Notes: a model not told the origin generated them from the letters alone. Positions 1 through 8,949 are shown, counted from the first letter of the stretch. The stretch is 64,000 nt of DNA from an uncultured Gammaproteobacteria bacterium (GCA_964627525.1 CAZVIA010000002.1:59262-123261); one strand, 5' to 3'. Numbers and translations are program-made.

Positions 1-276
1 AATATTAGTGGAGCTGAAGCTGAAAAAGCTTTGGGACTTGCTGGAATTACTGTAAACAAAAATACAGTTCCTTTTGAAAAACGTTCGCCGTTTGATCCTT
101 CTGGAATTCGTCTTGGAACTCCAGCATTAACAACTCGCGGAATGCAGGAGGTGGAAATGAAGGAAATTGGAAAATGGATAACTAAAGTTGTACACAATCA
201 CGATGATTCTGGAATTTTGGAAGAAGTTCATGGTCAGGTTAAAAAAATGTGTGCAGACTTCCCTATTTATGGTTAA
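1..276 (+). CDS. glyA: Serine hydroxymethyltransferase, C-terminal part (5' truncated by window)
   Basis: GITVNKNTVPFE..SPFDPSGIRLGTPALTTRG motif; frame open from base 1. Confidence 0.97.
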   Translation, partial: NISGAEAEKALGLAGITVNKNTVPFEKRSPFDPSGIRLGTPALTTRGMQEVEMKEIGKWITKVVHNHDDSGILEEVHGQVKKMCADFPIYG

Positions 277-1105
277 AAAAATCAATGGAAAAAAATTGTC
301 TGAAAAAGTTTTTTTAAGACTAAAAAAAGAAATTTCTGAACTAGATGTAAAACCAGGACTAGCAGCTGTTTTAATTGGAGACAATGCAGAGTCTGAACTT
401 TATGTGCGCTTAAAAGAAAAACAATGCGATGAGTTGGGAATTTATTTTGAAAAACATTTGTTTGAAAAAAATGTTGACGAAAAAACCGTGATTGATTTGA
501 TTGAAAAATTAAATGCAGATAAAAAAATTCATGCGATTTTAGTGCAACTGCCTTTGCCGAAAAATTTTGATACACAAAAAATAATTGGAACTGTTGATTC
601 GAAAAAAGATGTAGATGGTTTTCATCCAAAAAATATTGAAAATTTTATGGCTGGAGAGGGGTCTTACATACGACCTGTTTTAATTAAAGCAGTCATGGGA
701 TTAATTGATGCTACTGGAGAAAGTTTGCGGGAAAAACGCGTAGTGATTTTGGGAAAAAGTGATGTCTTTATGCGACCTTTGGGAAGTGCATTGTTGCGAA
801 GACATGCGCAAGTTTTGTGGCAAACTATTGATGGAGAAGATTGGGAAAGGCGCTGTGAAAGTGCAGATGTTTTGATCACTGCTTTGGGTAAGCCACATTT
901 TATTAAAAAAATTAAACCTGGTGCAATTTTGATTGATGTTGGAATTACTAAGGATGTGGAGCGTGTACGTGGAGACATTGCGTTGAGTGCTGTGGAGATG
1001 GCTGGATGGGCTACTCCTGTTCCTGGTGGTGTTGGGCCGATGACGATTGCGATGCTTATGGAGAATGTTGTTGAGATGGCGAAAGCGCAAAGTGGTTTAA
1101 GTTAA
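269..1105 (+). CDS. folD: Methylenetetrahydrofolate dehydrogenase/cyclohydrolase
   Basis: LVQLPLP, KDVDGFHP, DVGI and TPVPGGVGPMTIAML motifs; ATG at 269 overlaps the glyA stop. Confidence 0.96.
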   Translation: MVKKINGKKLSEKVFLRLKKEISELDVKPGLAAVLIGDNAESELYVRLKEKQCDELGIYFEKHLFEKNVDEKTVIDLIEKLNADKKIHAILVQLPLPKNFDTQKIIGTVDSKKDVDGFHPKNIENFMAGEGSYIRPVLIKAVMGLIDATGESLREKRVVILGKSDVFMRPLGSALLRRHAQVLWQTIDGEDWERRCESADVLITALGKPHFIKKIKPGAILIDVGITKDVERVRGDIALSAVEMAGWATPVPGGVGPMTIAMLMENVVEMAKAQSGLS

Positions 1106-1131
1106 GTGGGTTAAATTATGTAGGCAAAATT

Positions 1132-1590
1132 ATGAATAATAGTGGACCAAGTGGGCTAAAAAAATTTAATATTACAATTGACGAAATTCCAGATTTTGCA
1201 AAAAAAATTGTTGGTGAGATTGGTGGTGGTGATGTTATTTTTTTGTATGGTGAATTAGGTGCTGGCAAAACTACTTTAGCTAAAGCAATTGGTTTGGAAT
1301 TAGGTGTTGAAAAAACTATTACTTCTCCGACTTTTGGGCTGATGAATTTATATAAAGTTGATGGGCATAAAAATATTGCAGAGTTATGCCATATTGATAC
1401 TTATAGAATTAAAGATGCTCGAGAATTTGATGAGATTGGTGTGCAAGAATATGTTGGCAGGGCTGATGTTTTGACTTTGGTTGAGTGGCCGGAAATTTTG
1501 GAGGAATATTTTGGTGAAGGTGTTGGCAAAAGGCAAACAAAAGGGGTTTTGAAAAATGTTGTAAGGGTGTATATTGGGAGTAGTTCTTAA
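1132..1590 (+). CDS. tsaE: tRNA t6A biosynthesis ATPase
   Basis: GELGAGKTT P-loop, ITSPTF, HIDTYR and LVEWP motifs. Confidence 0.96.
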   Translation: MNNSGPSGLKKFNITIDEIPDFAKKIVGEIGGGDVIFLYGELGAGKTTLAKAIGLELGVEKTITSPTFGLMNLYKVDGHKNIAELCHIDTYRIKDAREFDEIGVQEYVGRADVLTLVEWPEILEEYFGEGVGKRQTKGVLKNVVRVYIGSSS

Positions 1591-1597
1591 AGAATAC

Positions 1598-2401
1598 ATG
1601 ATCAAATTCAACTCCCAAAAACACAAAAAACTTTTAAAAGATAAACCATTTTCATTTATATCAACTTTGGTTTATTTGGATTTTTGTGCTTATATTTTGG
1701 AGAGAAATGAAGAAGATTTGATTGTGACACAAGACAAAGTAGATAAAAAAGATTTTCCGTATTTGTTTTTGCCAAAAAATAAAAAAAACTGGAAAAACAT
1801 GACAGCCTCAATGGTTTGTGCAGAGGATTTGGAAAAAATTAAAAAATCTGATGTAAAAATTATCAAAACAAACCCAACTGTAACTGAATTTTTTTATTTA
1901 ACAAAAGATTTTCTTAATCCCACAAAAAAATACAAACAAAAAATTGGGCAGTTTGAAAAAAATTATAAGTTTAAAATCCGCAAAAAATACAATAAGAAAA
2001 AGTTGCTGAAATTTTATGATTTTTGGGAAAAACAAAAATCTGGCGATAAAAATAAAGATGAAAATGTTTTTAGAAAAGAAAGTGACGAGTTTTTTAATTT
2101 TTGTTTAAAAAATCTCAAAAAATATAATATTGAACAAATTTATGTTGAGGTTGAAGGAAAATTAGTAGGATTTGTGTGGGGAGTAAAACATTCTAAAAAC
2201 AATTGGGTAAGTTTGCATATAAAATCAGATTATAAATATCGCGGGTTAAGTAGTTTTTTAAATTTTGAAATCTCCAAAAAATTTACTAATACAAAATTAG
2301 TTTCTTTGGGTACTGGTTGCCAAGATGCAGGCTTAACTCAAAACAAAAAAGAATTAGGACCAGCTGAAGAAAAAAAATATTTTTACGTTTTAACTAGATA
2401 A
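1598..2401 (+). CDS. GNAT-fold protein resembling the DUF2156 / aminoacyl-phosphatidylglycerol synthase C-terminal domain
   Basis: C-terminal HIKSDYKYRGLSSFL...DAGLTQNKKELGP pattern; very AT/Lys-rich; ATG at 1598 preferred over the upstream TTG. Confidence 0.55.
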   Translation: MIKFNSQKHKKLLKDKPFSFISTLVYLDFCAYILERNEEDLIVTQDKVDKKDFPYLFLPKNKKNWKNMTASMVCAEDLEKIKKSDVKIIKTNPTVTEFFYLTKDFLNPTKKYKQKIGQFEKNYKFKIRKKYNKKKLLKFYDFWEKQKSGDKNKDENVFRKESDEFFNFCLKNLKKYNIEQIYVEVEGKLVGFVWGVKHSKNNWVSLHIKSDYKYRGLSSFLNFEISKKFTNTKLVSLGTGCQDAGLTQNKKELGPAEEKKYFYVLTR

Positions 2402-2403
2402 TC

Positions 2404-2434
2404 AAAAACTCCACAAGGTGTTAACCAAGTGGAG
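2404..2434 (-). terminator. Intrinsic terminator of orphan unit A (possibly bidirectional)
   Basis: Minus strand CTCCAC-TT-GGT-TAAC-ACC-TT-GTGGAG followed by TTTTT. Confidence 0.75.
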
Positions 2435-2462
2435 CCTTTTAAGTGTGTCGCATGAAATTGAC

Positions 2463-2747
2463 TCACTTTGTTTTCTGTTTGGGATAATAACCCACACTAT
2501 CCATTGCAGTGATAACACTGAAGGGTACGATCTCTTTCAAGTCTTGGAAAAGCATTCCTTCTGGAGGAAACCAGCAAATCCAATCATTATCTTGACACCT
2601 AAATCCAGCAATACTCATATGTCTTATGAAATCTTCGCAAGCAGGAACATGACCGATAAAAGTACCTAATTTAACTCTGACAGTACCAATTGGGTCATCT
2701 TCTTGGAACAAGCTAGACGGAGCTTTCCCACGATTTTTGTCCGTCAT
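2463..2747 (-). CDS. Hypothetical 94-aa orphan protein (unit A)
   Basis: Strong SD AAGGAGGAG at 2759-2751, own promoter and terminator, less AT-rich than flanks. Confidence 0.75.
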   Translation of the reverse strand: MTDKNRGKAPSSLFQEDDPIGTVRVKLGTFIGHVPACEDFIRHMSIAGFRCQDNDWICWFPPEGMLFQDLKEIVPFSVITAMDSVGYYPKQKTK

Positions 2748-2784
2748 GTTCTCCTCCTTTTCTTCTCCCTAATGAGAAGATATC

Positions 2785-2819
2785 TTTATACCAAAAACAG
2801 CACTTTGTGTCAAGTGCTG
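2785..2819 (-). promoter_or_regulatory. Sigma70 promoter of unit A embedded in a terminator-like hairpin
   Basis: TTGACA (2813-2808), 17 nt, TATAAA (2790-2785); inverted repeat CAGCACTT-N6-AAGTGCTG (2798-2819) followed by TTTTT on the minus strand. Confidence 0.75.
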
Positions 2820-2836
2820 CTTGCTTTTAAAACAAT

Positions 2837-3931
2837 TTACAAAATCGGACTCCAAATACTCCAAATTTTCTGTAAAACTTTATCTAAAAAAGAATGTCCT
2901 TTCCAAAAATCAGGTGTAAATACTGTTGATTGTTTTTTCCATTTATTTAAAATCCTACGCAAATCCCCTATCATCTCACGATTTGTAAAAACAATATTTG
3001 CTTCATGATTATAAAACAAACTTCGCGAATCCATATTACTACTTCCAACCATTCCTAATTTGTGATCAACAACCAATGCTTTTGCATGAATCATTTCTTT
3101 TAATAAATAAAACTTCACACCCAAAGCATGTAACTCTGGAAACATTGAATGCATTGCATGATTAACTGGACCATGATTTCCTTTCATTGGCACAACCACT
3201 TCAATCCTGACTCCCCTTTTAATTGCTTTTTGAAAAGCTAATTTTAATTTTTTATCTGGCAAAAAATAAGGTGTGGTAATTAAAATTGCTTTACGCGCTT
3301 TTCTCAAAGATGTAATGTATAATTTTCTAATCTTTGATCGTGTTTTAAATTTTTTATAAGGATGCGCAAAAATAAATGCAAACTGTTTGAATTTTTTCTT
3401 GAAATTTTTAATTGGGTGACGTAGGAGATTTTTTACATGACGATGATCACCACCACCCTTAACCCAACTTGTTCCAAAAGATCTTATCATTGGCGCAACC
3501 ACATCTTTGTTTTGAATTTTTAAATGCAAATCATAATAATCTCGACTTTCTTTATAAACATTTACACCACCAATAAAACCAATCTTATTATCAATAACTA
3601 AAATCTTGCGATGATTACGATGAAATAACCGACGAAAACTTTTCACAATGCGTTTTAAAGCTAAAGATTGAAAAGACAAAACTTTTGCACCTGCTTTTTT
3701 CAAACGCTTTATTGTTGAGTATGAAAACCACCAACTACCAAAACCATCAAAAATAATTTTTACATCCAAACCAGCTTGAGCTTTTTCAACTAAAATATTT
3801 ACAAACTCATGACCAGCTTCATCATCAATCAAAATATAAGACTCCAAAAAAATAGAATGCTCTGCTCTGCGCAAAGCCCTTTTCATTGACGACCACGCTT
3901 CTTCAGTTGTTTTATAAAACTCCCATTTCAT
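2837..3931 (-). CDS. cls: Phospholipase D family cardiolipin synthase (ClsB-like, no N-terminal TM)
   Basis: Two HKD motifs (HRKILVID, HAKALVVD), GGVN and GSSNMD; alternative TTG start at 3949. Confidence 0.85.
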   Translation of the reverse strand: MKWEFYKTTEEAWSSMKRALRRAEHSIFLESYILIDDEAGHEFVNILVEKAQAGLDVKIIFDGFGSWWFSYSTIKRLKKAGAKVLSFQSLALKRIVKSFRRLFHRNHRKILVIDNKIGFIGGVNVYKESRDYYDLHLKIQNKDVVAPMIRSFGTSWVKGGGDHRHVKNLLRHPIKNFKKKFKQFAFIFAHPYKKFKTRSKIRKLYITSLRKARKAILITTPYFLPDKKLKLAFQKAIKRGVRIEVVVPMKGNHGPVNHAMHSMFPELHALGVKFYLLKEMIHAKALVVDHKLGMVGSSNMDSRSLFYNHEANIVFTNREMIGDLRRILNKWKKQSTVFTPDFWKGHSFLDKVLQKIWSIWSPIL

Positions 3932-3965
3932 AATTATTTTTTCTGACAAATTTATTTTAGAAAAA

Positions 3966-4781
3966 CTATTTTACAAAAACTTGCTTAAGTTTTGCTGTGC
4001 CAAATAAAACCCCAAACAAAACCGCTCCAACCAATACAATAACAGCTCCTGAAGGTAAATCAAGATAATATGAAACTACTAATCCACCTAACACAATTAA
4101 CTCAGCATAAATTACACTTTGAACTAACATGCTTTTAAGTGAAGTTGCCAGCTGACGACCTGCTGCTACTGGAACAATTAGCAACGCACTTATTAAAACA
4201 ATTCCCAAAAGTTTTACTCCAATGACAACTGTGATTGCAAGAAAAACATATAACAACAATTCTGCAGCTAAAACTGGAATTCCAGAAAGCCACGCCATCT
4301 CCCTATTGATCACTAACAACAAAATACTTCTGTACAAAAGCAAAAGCAAAATTGTTGTGATTACTGAAAATGGAATTATCAACCACAAGTCTGCATAACT
4401 TATTGTTAAAATATTTCCAAACAAATAACTCATTAAGTCTGGCTGATATCCTTTGCTAAATGTTAATAAAATTACACCAATCGCCATTCCAACTGTAAAC
4501 ATAAATCCTAAAATTGTGTCGCTGCGAAGTTTTGTGTATTTATCAAACAAAGCCATTCCAATTGCAAAAATTACTGCAACTAACATTGCACCCCACAAAG
4601 GATTTATTCCTACAAGCAAACCAATTGCAATTCCAGCCAAAGAAGCATGTGCAACTCCATCACCAAAAAATGCCATTCCTTTTGCGTTCACAAAAATTCC
4701 CAACAAAGCCAAAGGTAAAGCTGTTGCTGCTCCAGCCAACAAAGCTCTTTGCATAAATTCTAATGTAATAAACTCTGGCAT
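3966..4781 (-). CDS. znuB: Zn/Mn ABC transporter permease
   Basis: FFGDGVAHASLAG and YLFGNIL motifs; multiple TM segments. Confidence 0.9.
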   Translation of the reverse strand: MPEFITLEFMQRALLAGAATALPLALLGIFVNAKGMAFFGDGVAHASLAGIAIGLLVGINPLWGAMLVAVIFAIGMALFDKYTKLRSDTILGFMFTVGMAIGVILLTFSKGYQPDLMSYLFGNILTISYADLWLIIPFSVITTILLLLLYRSILLLVINREMAWLSGIPVLAAELLLYVFLAITVVIGVKLLGIVLISALLIVPVAAGRQLATSLKSMLVQSVIYAELIVLGGLVVSYYLDLPSGAVIVLVGAVLFGVLFGTAKLKQVFVK

Positions 4782-4783
4782 AA

Positions 4784-5536
4784 TTATTTATGATCGTGCG
4801 CATGATGTTGCACAATATGACCTTGGTATAATTTTTTTAATTTATTTGATTTTAAAACTTCCAACGGACTACCCGAACAAACCAATTCTTTATTTACACA
4901 CAAAACATGATCTGCATAATGTGTAACAACTTCCATTTCATGAGACACAATTATAATTGTTACATCATACCTTTTGCGAATATAATCCAAGTGTTCATAA
5001 ATTGATTTTGAACCAACCATATCTATACTACTCACTGGCTCATCTAAAACCAACAAAAGTGGTTTTCCAATTAATGCACGTGCAATTAAAATTCTTTGCA
5101 ACTGCCCACCAGAAAGTGAAGCAAGTTTTTTGCGTTCAGTTCCAGACATTCCAACTTCTTTTAATGCAACTTTTATTGACCGCCCTTTTTTGTCTATATG
5201 TGTTAATGATAAAAACTCTTCAACAGTAATTGGAAAAGCCCCATCCACATAAAATCTTTGTGGCACATAACCAATTCTCTCACGAATTTGTTTTGGCTTC
5301 CGACCAAACAATCTTATTGAACCATTGTCTAATTGTATTAGCCCCATGAGCGACCGCACAAGCGTTGTTTTTCCAGAACCATTAGGTCCAATCAACATTG
5401 TGATGCTATTTCGCAAAAGCTTAAACGAGATATTTTCAAGTATCTCTTGTGATTCAAGCCGCACAGCAAGATCATCCACTTGGATTACAATCTCATCTGT
5501 TGGGGTTTGTTTTAATTTTTTTGATTTATTACTCAT
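4784..5536 (-). CDS. znuC: Zn/Mn ABC transporter ATPase
   Basis: GPNGSGKTT, IGYVPQ, LSGGQLQR, LDEP; His-rich C-terminus. Confidence 0.9.
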   Translation of the reverse strand: MSNKSKKLKQTPTDEIVIQVDDLAVRLESQEILENISFKLLRNSITMLIGPNGSGKTTLVRSLMGLIQLDNGSIRLFGRKPKQIRERIGYVPQRFYVDGAFPITVEEFLSLTHIDKKGRSIKVALKEVGMSGTERKKLASLSGGQLQRILIARALIGKPLLLVLDEPVSSIDMVGSKSIYEHLDYIRKRYDVTIIIVSHEMEVVTHYADHVLCVNKELVCSGSPLEVLKSNKLKKLYQGHIVQHHAHDHK

Positions 5537-5545
5537 GACTTATAT

Positions 5546-6508
5546 CTATTGTGCCATGATTTGCCTTATCTTTTCAAGTTGCACAAAATTAAATTTCATC
5601 ATGTCAATGTATGAGTCGCGATTTTCTGCCCCGCCAATAGGATCAAGTTCAATAATTTCTAATCCAAAATCTTCTGCAATTGGTTTTAAACTATCCAAAC
5701 CAATTTGAGGTTCAACAGCAATTATTTTTACATTATGCTCTTTAATTGTGTCACTTAAGTTTTTTAAATATTTTGGAGTTGGCTCTTCACCAGCAAATGG
5801 TTCAAAAGTTCCAACAATATCCAAATCATTTTCTTCAGCAAAATAAAACCATGCATCATGCATTGTGACTATTGAAATTTTTTTGTCTGAAACTTTTGTA
5901 GGAATTATTAAATTTAGTTCATCTGTATATTTCAAAAGATTTTCTTCAAAATACTCTCTATTCTTAGGATATAGTTTTGATAGTTCATTGTAAATATTTG
6001 ACGCAACTGCTTTTGCATTATGTATTGAAAGCCAATAGTGCGGATCTGAATTTTCACTTGGGATAATAGTAAAGTCTTGTGGTGTATCATAATCTACATG
6101 ATCATGGTCATGTGAATGTTGATCTGCACCCAACTCACGCAAATTTAACCCACCAAAAACAAAAATAGTTTCTGAAGTACTAATATTTTCTGACAACTTT
6201 GTAACCCAATCATCCAAACCAAACCCTACAGCAAAAATCATTTTAATCTTTTGGAGACGCTTTACATCTTTTGGTGAAAAATTAAATGTGTGTGGACTTG
6301 CTCCTGCTGGCAAAATTAATTCCACATCAATTTTATCCCCTGCAATGTTTTTTGCAATATCATAAATTGGAAAAATTGTTACAGCTATTTGTGGTTTGTT
6401 GCTTTCATTTGAAGGATTATTTTGTGATATGTTTTTGTAAACAAACCACAAACCCACAACACCAATTATTAAAATCAATACCACGAAAACCAAAAGTGTT
6501 TTTTTCAT
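5546..6508 (-). CDS. znuA: Zn/Mn ABC transporter substrate-binding protein
   Basis: N-terminal anchor, SPHTF, His-rich loop QHSHDHDH, DPHYWLS, HDAWFYF. Confidence 0.9.
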   Translation of the reverse strand: MKKTLLVFVVLILIIGVVGLWFVYKNISQNNPSNESNKPQIAVTIFPIYDIAKNIAGDKIDVELILPAGASPHTFNFSPKDVKRLQKIKMIFAVGFGLDDWVTKLSENISTSETIFVFGGLNLRELGADQHSHDHDHVDYDTPQDFTIIPSENSDPHYWLSIHNAKAVASNIYNELSKLYPKNREYFEENLLKYTDELNLIIPTKVSDKKISIVTMHDAWFYFAEENDLDIVGTFEPFAGEEPTPKYLKNLSDTIKEHNVKIIAVEPQIGLDSLKPIAEDFGLEIIELDPIGGAENRDSYIDMMKFNFVQLEKIRQIMAQ

Positions 6509-6551
6509 ATGTTTTTAAAAAATTTTTATTAAAAACTTCTGTGTGAACTTG

Positions 6552-6623
6552 TACCGCCAAGGGGAATCGAACCCCTGTTCCCAGGATGAGAACCTGATGT
6601 CCTAACCACTAGACGATGGCGGC
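6552..6623 (-). tRNA. tRNA-Glu (CTC), CCA not encoded
   Basis: Minus strand GCCGCCA-TCGTCTAGTGGTTAGGAC-A-TCAGG-TTCTCAT-CCTGG-...GGGGTTCGATTCCCC-TTGGCGGT-A forms a cloverleaf. Confidence 0.96.
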
Positions 6624-6693
6624 ATATGCAATAATAATGCCTTTTTTTCTAAGAAAAGTCAATTGCTGTTATAATTAAAGTATTGATTATTTA

Positions 6694-6722
6694 GGGCAAA
6701 ATTTGCTTGCCAAATTTTGCCC
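6694..6722. repeat. REP-like palindrome, copy 1
   Basis: GGGCAAAATTTG-CTTGC-CAAATTTTGCCC. Confidence 0.8.
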
Positions 6723-6738
6723 ATACAAAACTCTAAAT

Positions 6739-7284
6739 ATGATTATCTTACAAACTATTATTTTATTTTTGCCAGCTGGATTTGCAAACATGACTCCCCC
6801 TTTGTTGAAAAAAATTAATTTTTTGGCTGAGCCTATTGATTTTGGGAAAAAATTTCGTGGAAAAAGAATTTTTGGTGACCACAAAACTTGGCGCGGTTTA
6901 ATTTTTGGAATTATAGTTGCGATTGCAATTTGTTGGGCACAAAGATTATTGTATCCACATTTTGCTGAATATTCTTTGTTAGATTATCAAAATATAAATG
7001 TTAATGTACTTGGTTTTGTGTTGGGATTTGGTGCTTTAGGTGGAGATATTGTGAAAAGTTTTTTTAAAAGACAAATTGGAGTTGCTCCTGGGAAAACTTG
7101 GATAATTTTTGATCAAATTGATTGGATTGTTGGTGCAAGTTTTTTAATGTGGGTGTTTTTTGAATTTTCTCCAGATATATTTTCTGGATGGGTGTATGTT
7201 GTTGCTATTATTTTATTTGGATTGTTGCATCCTATTTTTAATTTAATTAGTTGGGTTTTAGGAATTCAGAAAAATAAATTCTAA
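6739..7284 (+). CDS. carS: CDP-archaeol synthase (CarS/DUF46)-like membrane cytidylyltransferase
   Basis: LPAGFANMTPP, PIDFG..FRGKRIFGDHKTWRG, GALGGDIVKSFFKRQIG and FDQIDW motifs; extended -10 TGtTATAAT at 6667-6675. Confidence 0.85.
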   Translation: MIILQTIILFLPAGFANMTPPLLKKINFLAEPIDFGKKFRGKRIFGDHKTWRGLIFGIIVAIAICWAQRLLYPHFAEYSLLDYQNINVNVLGFVLGFGALGGDIVKSFFKRQIGVAPGKTWIIFDQIDWIVGASFLMWVFFEFSPDIFSGWVYVVAIILFGLLHPIFNLISWVLGIQKNKF

Positions 7285-7526
7285 AAAAAATTTAGGGCCT
7301 GCGCGTTAGCTAACAGGCCCAAGGTTACTTTCTGACAAAATGAACGTTAGGTAAGATTCGACGTTGGTGCCGTTATTGTCTAGCTGACCCTTGTTCAGGC
7401 CATCAGCCCTTGTTGGACAAACCAAGCTAACCATACTTGGTTTTTCCCGAACACCACATGTACTACCTACCGTATGCACGAGGCCTACTTCTATGAGCGG
7501 TTTCCTCTTGTTGTGCAATCCAGATT
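7285..7526 (-). ncRNA. Putative unclassified structured RNA, ~240 nt (unit B)
   Basis: GC-rich intergenic segment bounded by a promoter (7561-7533) and a terminator (7320-7295 plus T-run); at least five nested helices visible by eye; no convincing SD-led ORF. Confidence 0.6.
7295..7320 (-). terminator. Intrinsic terminator of unit B
   Basis: Minus strand GGGCCTGT-TA-GC-TAAC-GC-GCAGGCCC, then TAAA and a T8 run. Confidence 0.7.
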
Positions 7527-7532
7527 GTTCGT

Positions 7533-7572
7533 ATACTACAAAACCCTGACTTTTTTGTCAAGTCAGGGTTTT
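7533..7572 (-). promoter_or_regulatory. Sigma70 promoter of unit B embedded in the upstream gene's terminator hairpin
   Basis: TTGACA (7561-7556), 17 nt, TAGTAT (7538-7533); 13-bp inverted repeat AAAACCCTGACTT/AAGTCAGGGTTTT at 7540-7572. Confidence 0.75.
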
Positions 7573-7597
7573 TGATTGATTTTGAAACTGAAAATTC

Positions 7598-7990
7598 TTA
7601 GACTACTGGCTGTTGTGGAGTTGTAGGTGCTGGAGGAGTTGCTGAAGCTGAACCACTTTTTGCAAAAGCAATATAACCCATACTAATAAAGTTTACACCT
7701 GGAATAAGTGAAAATAATCCATGCCACCACCTGTTCATTCCTCTGTTGTGTGCCATATTAGACCACAACCTCACATAGATCACAAGATTAACTAACGGTA
7801 TAAAGGTTAATAAAAACCACCAAATAGATTTTTTTGCAGCCTGTATCATTATTATAACTTGAGCTACTGGAACCCAAGCTAACCACGAATTACTAACTCC
7901 TGATTTTTTGCCTATTATTTGAATACAGTAGGCCATATAGGCATACATTATCAAAAAGACAATTAACATCATTGGCGACGTTTCTTCCAT
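7598..7990 (-). CDS. Small membrane protein, DUF5684-like
   Basis: KKSGV.NSWLAWVP and WWFLL.FIPLVN pattern; Pro-rich tail. Confidence 0.7.
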   Translation of the reverse strand: MEETSPMMLIVFLIMYAYMAYCIQIIGKKSGVSNSWLAWVPVAQVIIMIQAAKKSIWWFLLTFIPLVNLVIYVRLWSNMAHNRGMNRWWHGLFSLIPGVNFISMGYIAFAKSGSASATPPAPTTPQQPVV

Positions 7991-7993
7991 AAA

Positions 7994-8311
7994 TTATTTA
8001 TTATTAGAAACCGTATAGTCTATTACTTCGGATTTCTTTGAATTATTTTTACTTAATGAATTTAATTTTTTTTCTTTTTTAGCTTTAACTAATAAGACTA
8101 ATCCTATTGGAATACATACTATAGACAGTACAGCAAAAACAACCGGCAACAACCTGAACAAATCCCATAAAAAAATTTCTATGTATGTTATTGTTGTTGA
8201 AAAAGACTTCAAAAACCAAAAAAACAAAAATGGTGGCAATGAAACAAAAAACAGCGCTGGCGGTATAATTAACAATAACAGTCCTGTTGATTTCTTTTTC
8301 TCTGTTGTCAT
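7994..8311 (-). CDS. Hypothetical two-TM membrane protein
   Basis: Two hydrophobic segments and a basic tail; fits the operon spacing. Confidence 0.65.
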   Translation of the reverse strand: MTTEKKKSTGLLLLIIPPALFFVSLPPFLFFWFLKSFSTTITYIEIFLWDLFRLLPVVFAVLSIVCIPIGLVLLVKAKKEKKLNSLSKNNSKKSEVIDYTVSNNK

Positions 8312-8323
8312 AAACAAAAAATT

Positions 8324-8935
8324 TTATTTTTTTAATCTCCTAACCCTAACAAAAAACACTGCACTCATCACCGCAAAAACCAAAGCAACAAAACTAACAA
8401 CTACTTCAACATAATTTATACCACTAAATGCATATAAAACAAAGAACAGGTGTGGAAGATAAGCAAATGCATTATACCAAAAACCTGCAATTGGTTTGAT
8501 AAGCCAATTTGTTTTTTTGCCATAACTTCTGTGCAAAGTTATAAACAAACGCGCACTTACTAAAACAAAACCATAAATCACACCGACTCCTGCGCTCACA
8601 AAACCTGCCATTGCCAAACCAGCCACAAAAATCATGTAACTTGTGGTATCCACCACAACATCTGTAAATTTTCCGCGATCAGAACTTTTTTTCAAATAAC
8701 GCGCCAAACTTCCGTCCAACCAATCCATCATCAAGCTCAACACCATAAACAAAACAGCTAACTTAGAATTTATCTCAATATATAAAATCGCAATAACAAT
8801 AAAAACTAAAACAAGATAACTTACCATGTTTGGTGTTATGTGTAGTTTAGCTAACAACCAACAAACTGGCCGAAAAATTTTAGTTCTCAGGTCCTGTAAA
8901 AAATAATAAATTTTGTCCACTGCCTCCTTATTCAT
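8324..8935 (-). CDS. CDP-alcohol phosphatidyltransferase
   Basis: ITPNMVS and DWLDGSLAR...GKFTDVVVD signature. Confidence 0.92.
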   Translation of the reverse strand: MNKEAVDKIYYFLQDLRTKIFRPVCWLLAKLHITPNMVSYLVLVFIVIAILYIEINSKLAVLFMVLSLMMDWLDGSLARYLKKSSDRGKFTDVVVDTTSYMIFVAGLAMAGFVSAGVGVIYGFVLVSARLFITLHRSYGKKTNWLIKPIAGFWYNAFAYLPHLFFVLYAFSGINYVEVVVSFVALVFAVMSAVFFVRVRRLKK

Positions 8936-8949
8936 ATTTTTATGTTTTA

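Noticed and set aside
6540-6630. tRNA-Glu as an island integration site
   Set aside because: No duplicated tRNA 3' end and no integrase were noticed in the window
7306-7518. 70-aa ORF in unit B
   Set aside because: TTG start without SD, stop inside the terminator stem, no recognisable motif; RNA structure explains the region better
7285-7526. RNase P, tmRNA or SRP identity for unit B
   Set aside because: GAGGAAAC only partly resembles GAGGAAAGUC and the matching 3' motif is absent; no tRNA-like ends; no SRP helix-8 consensus
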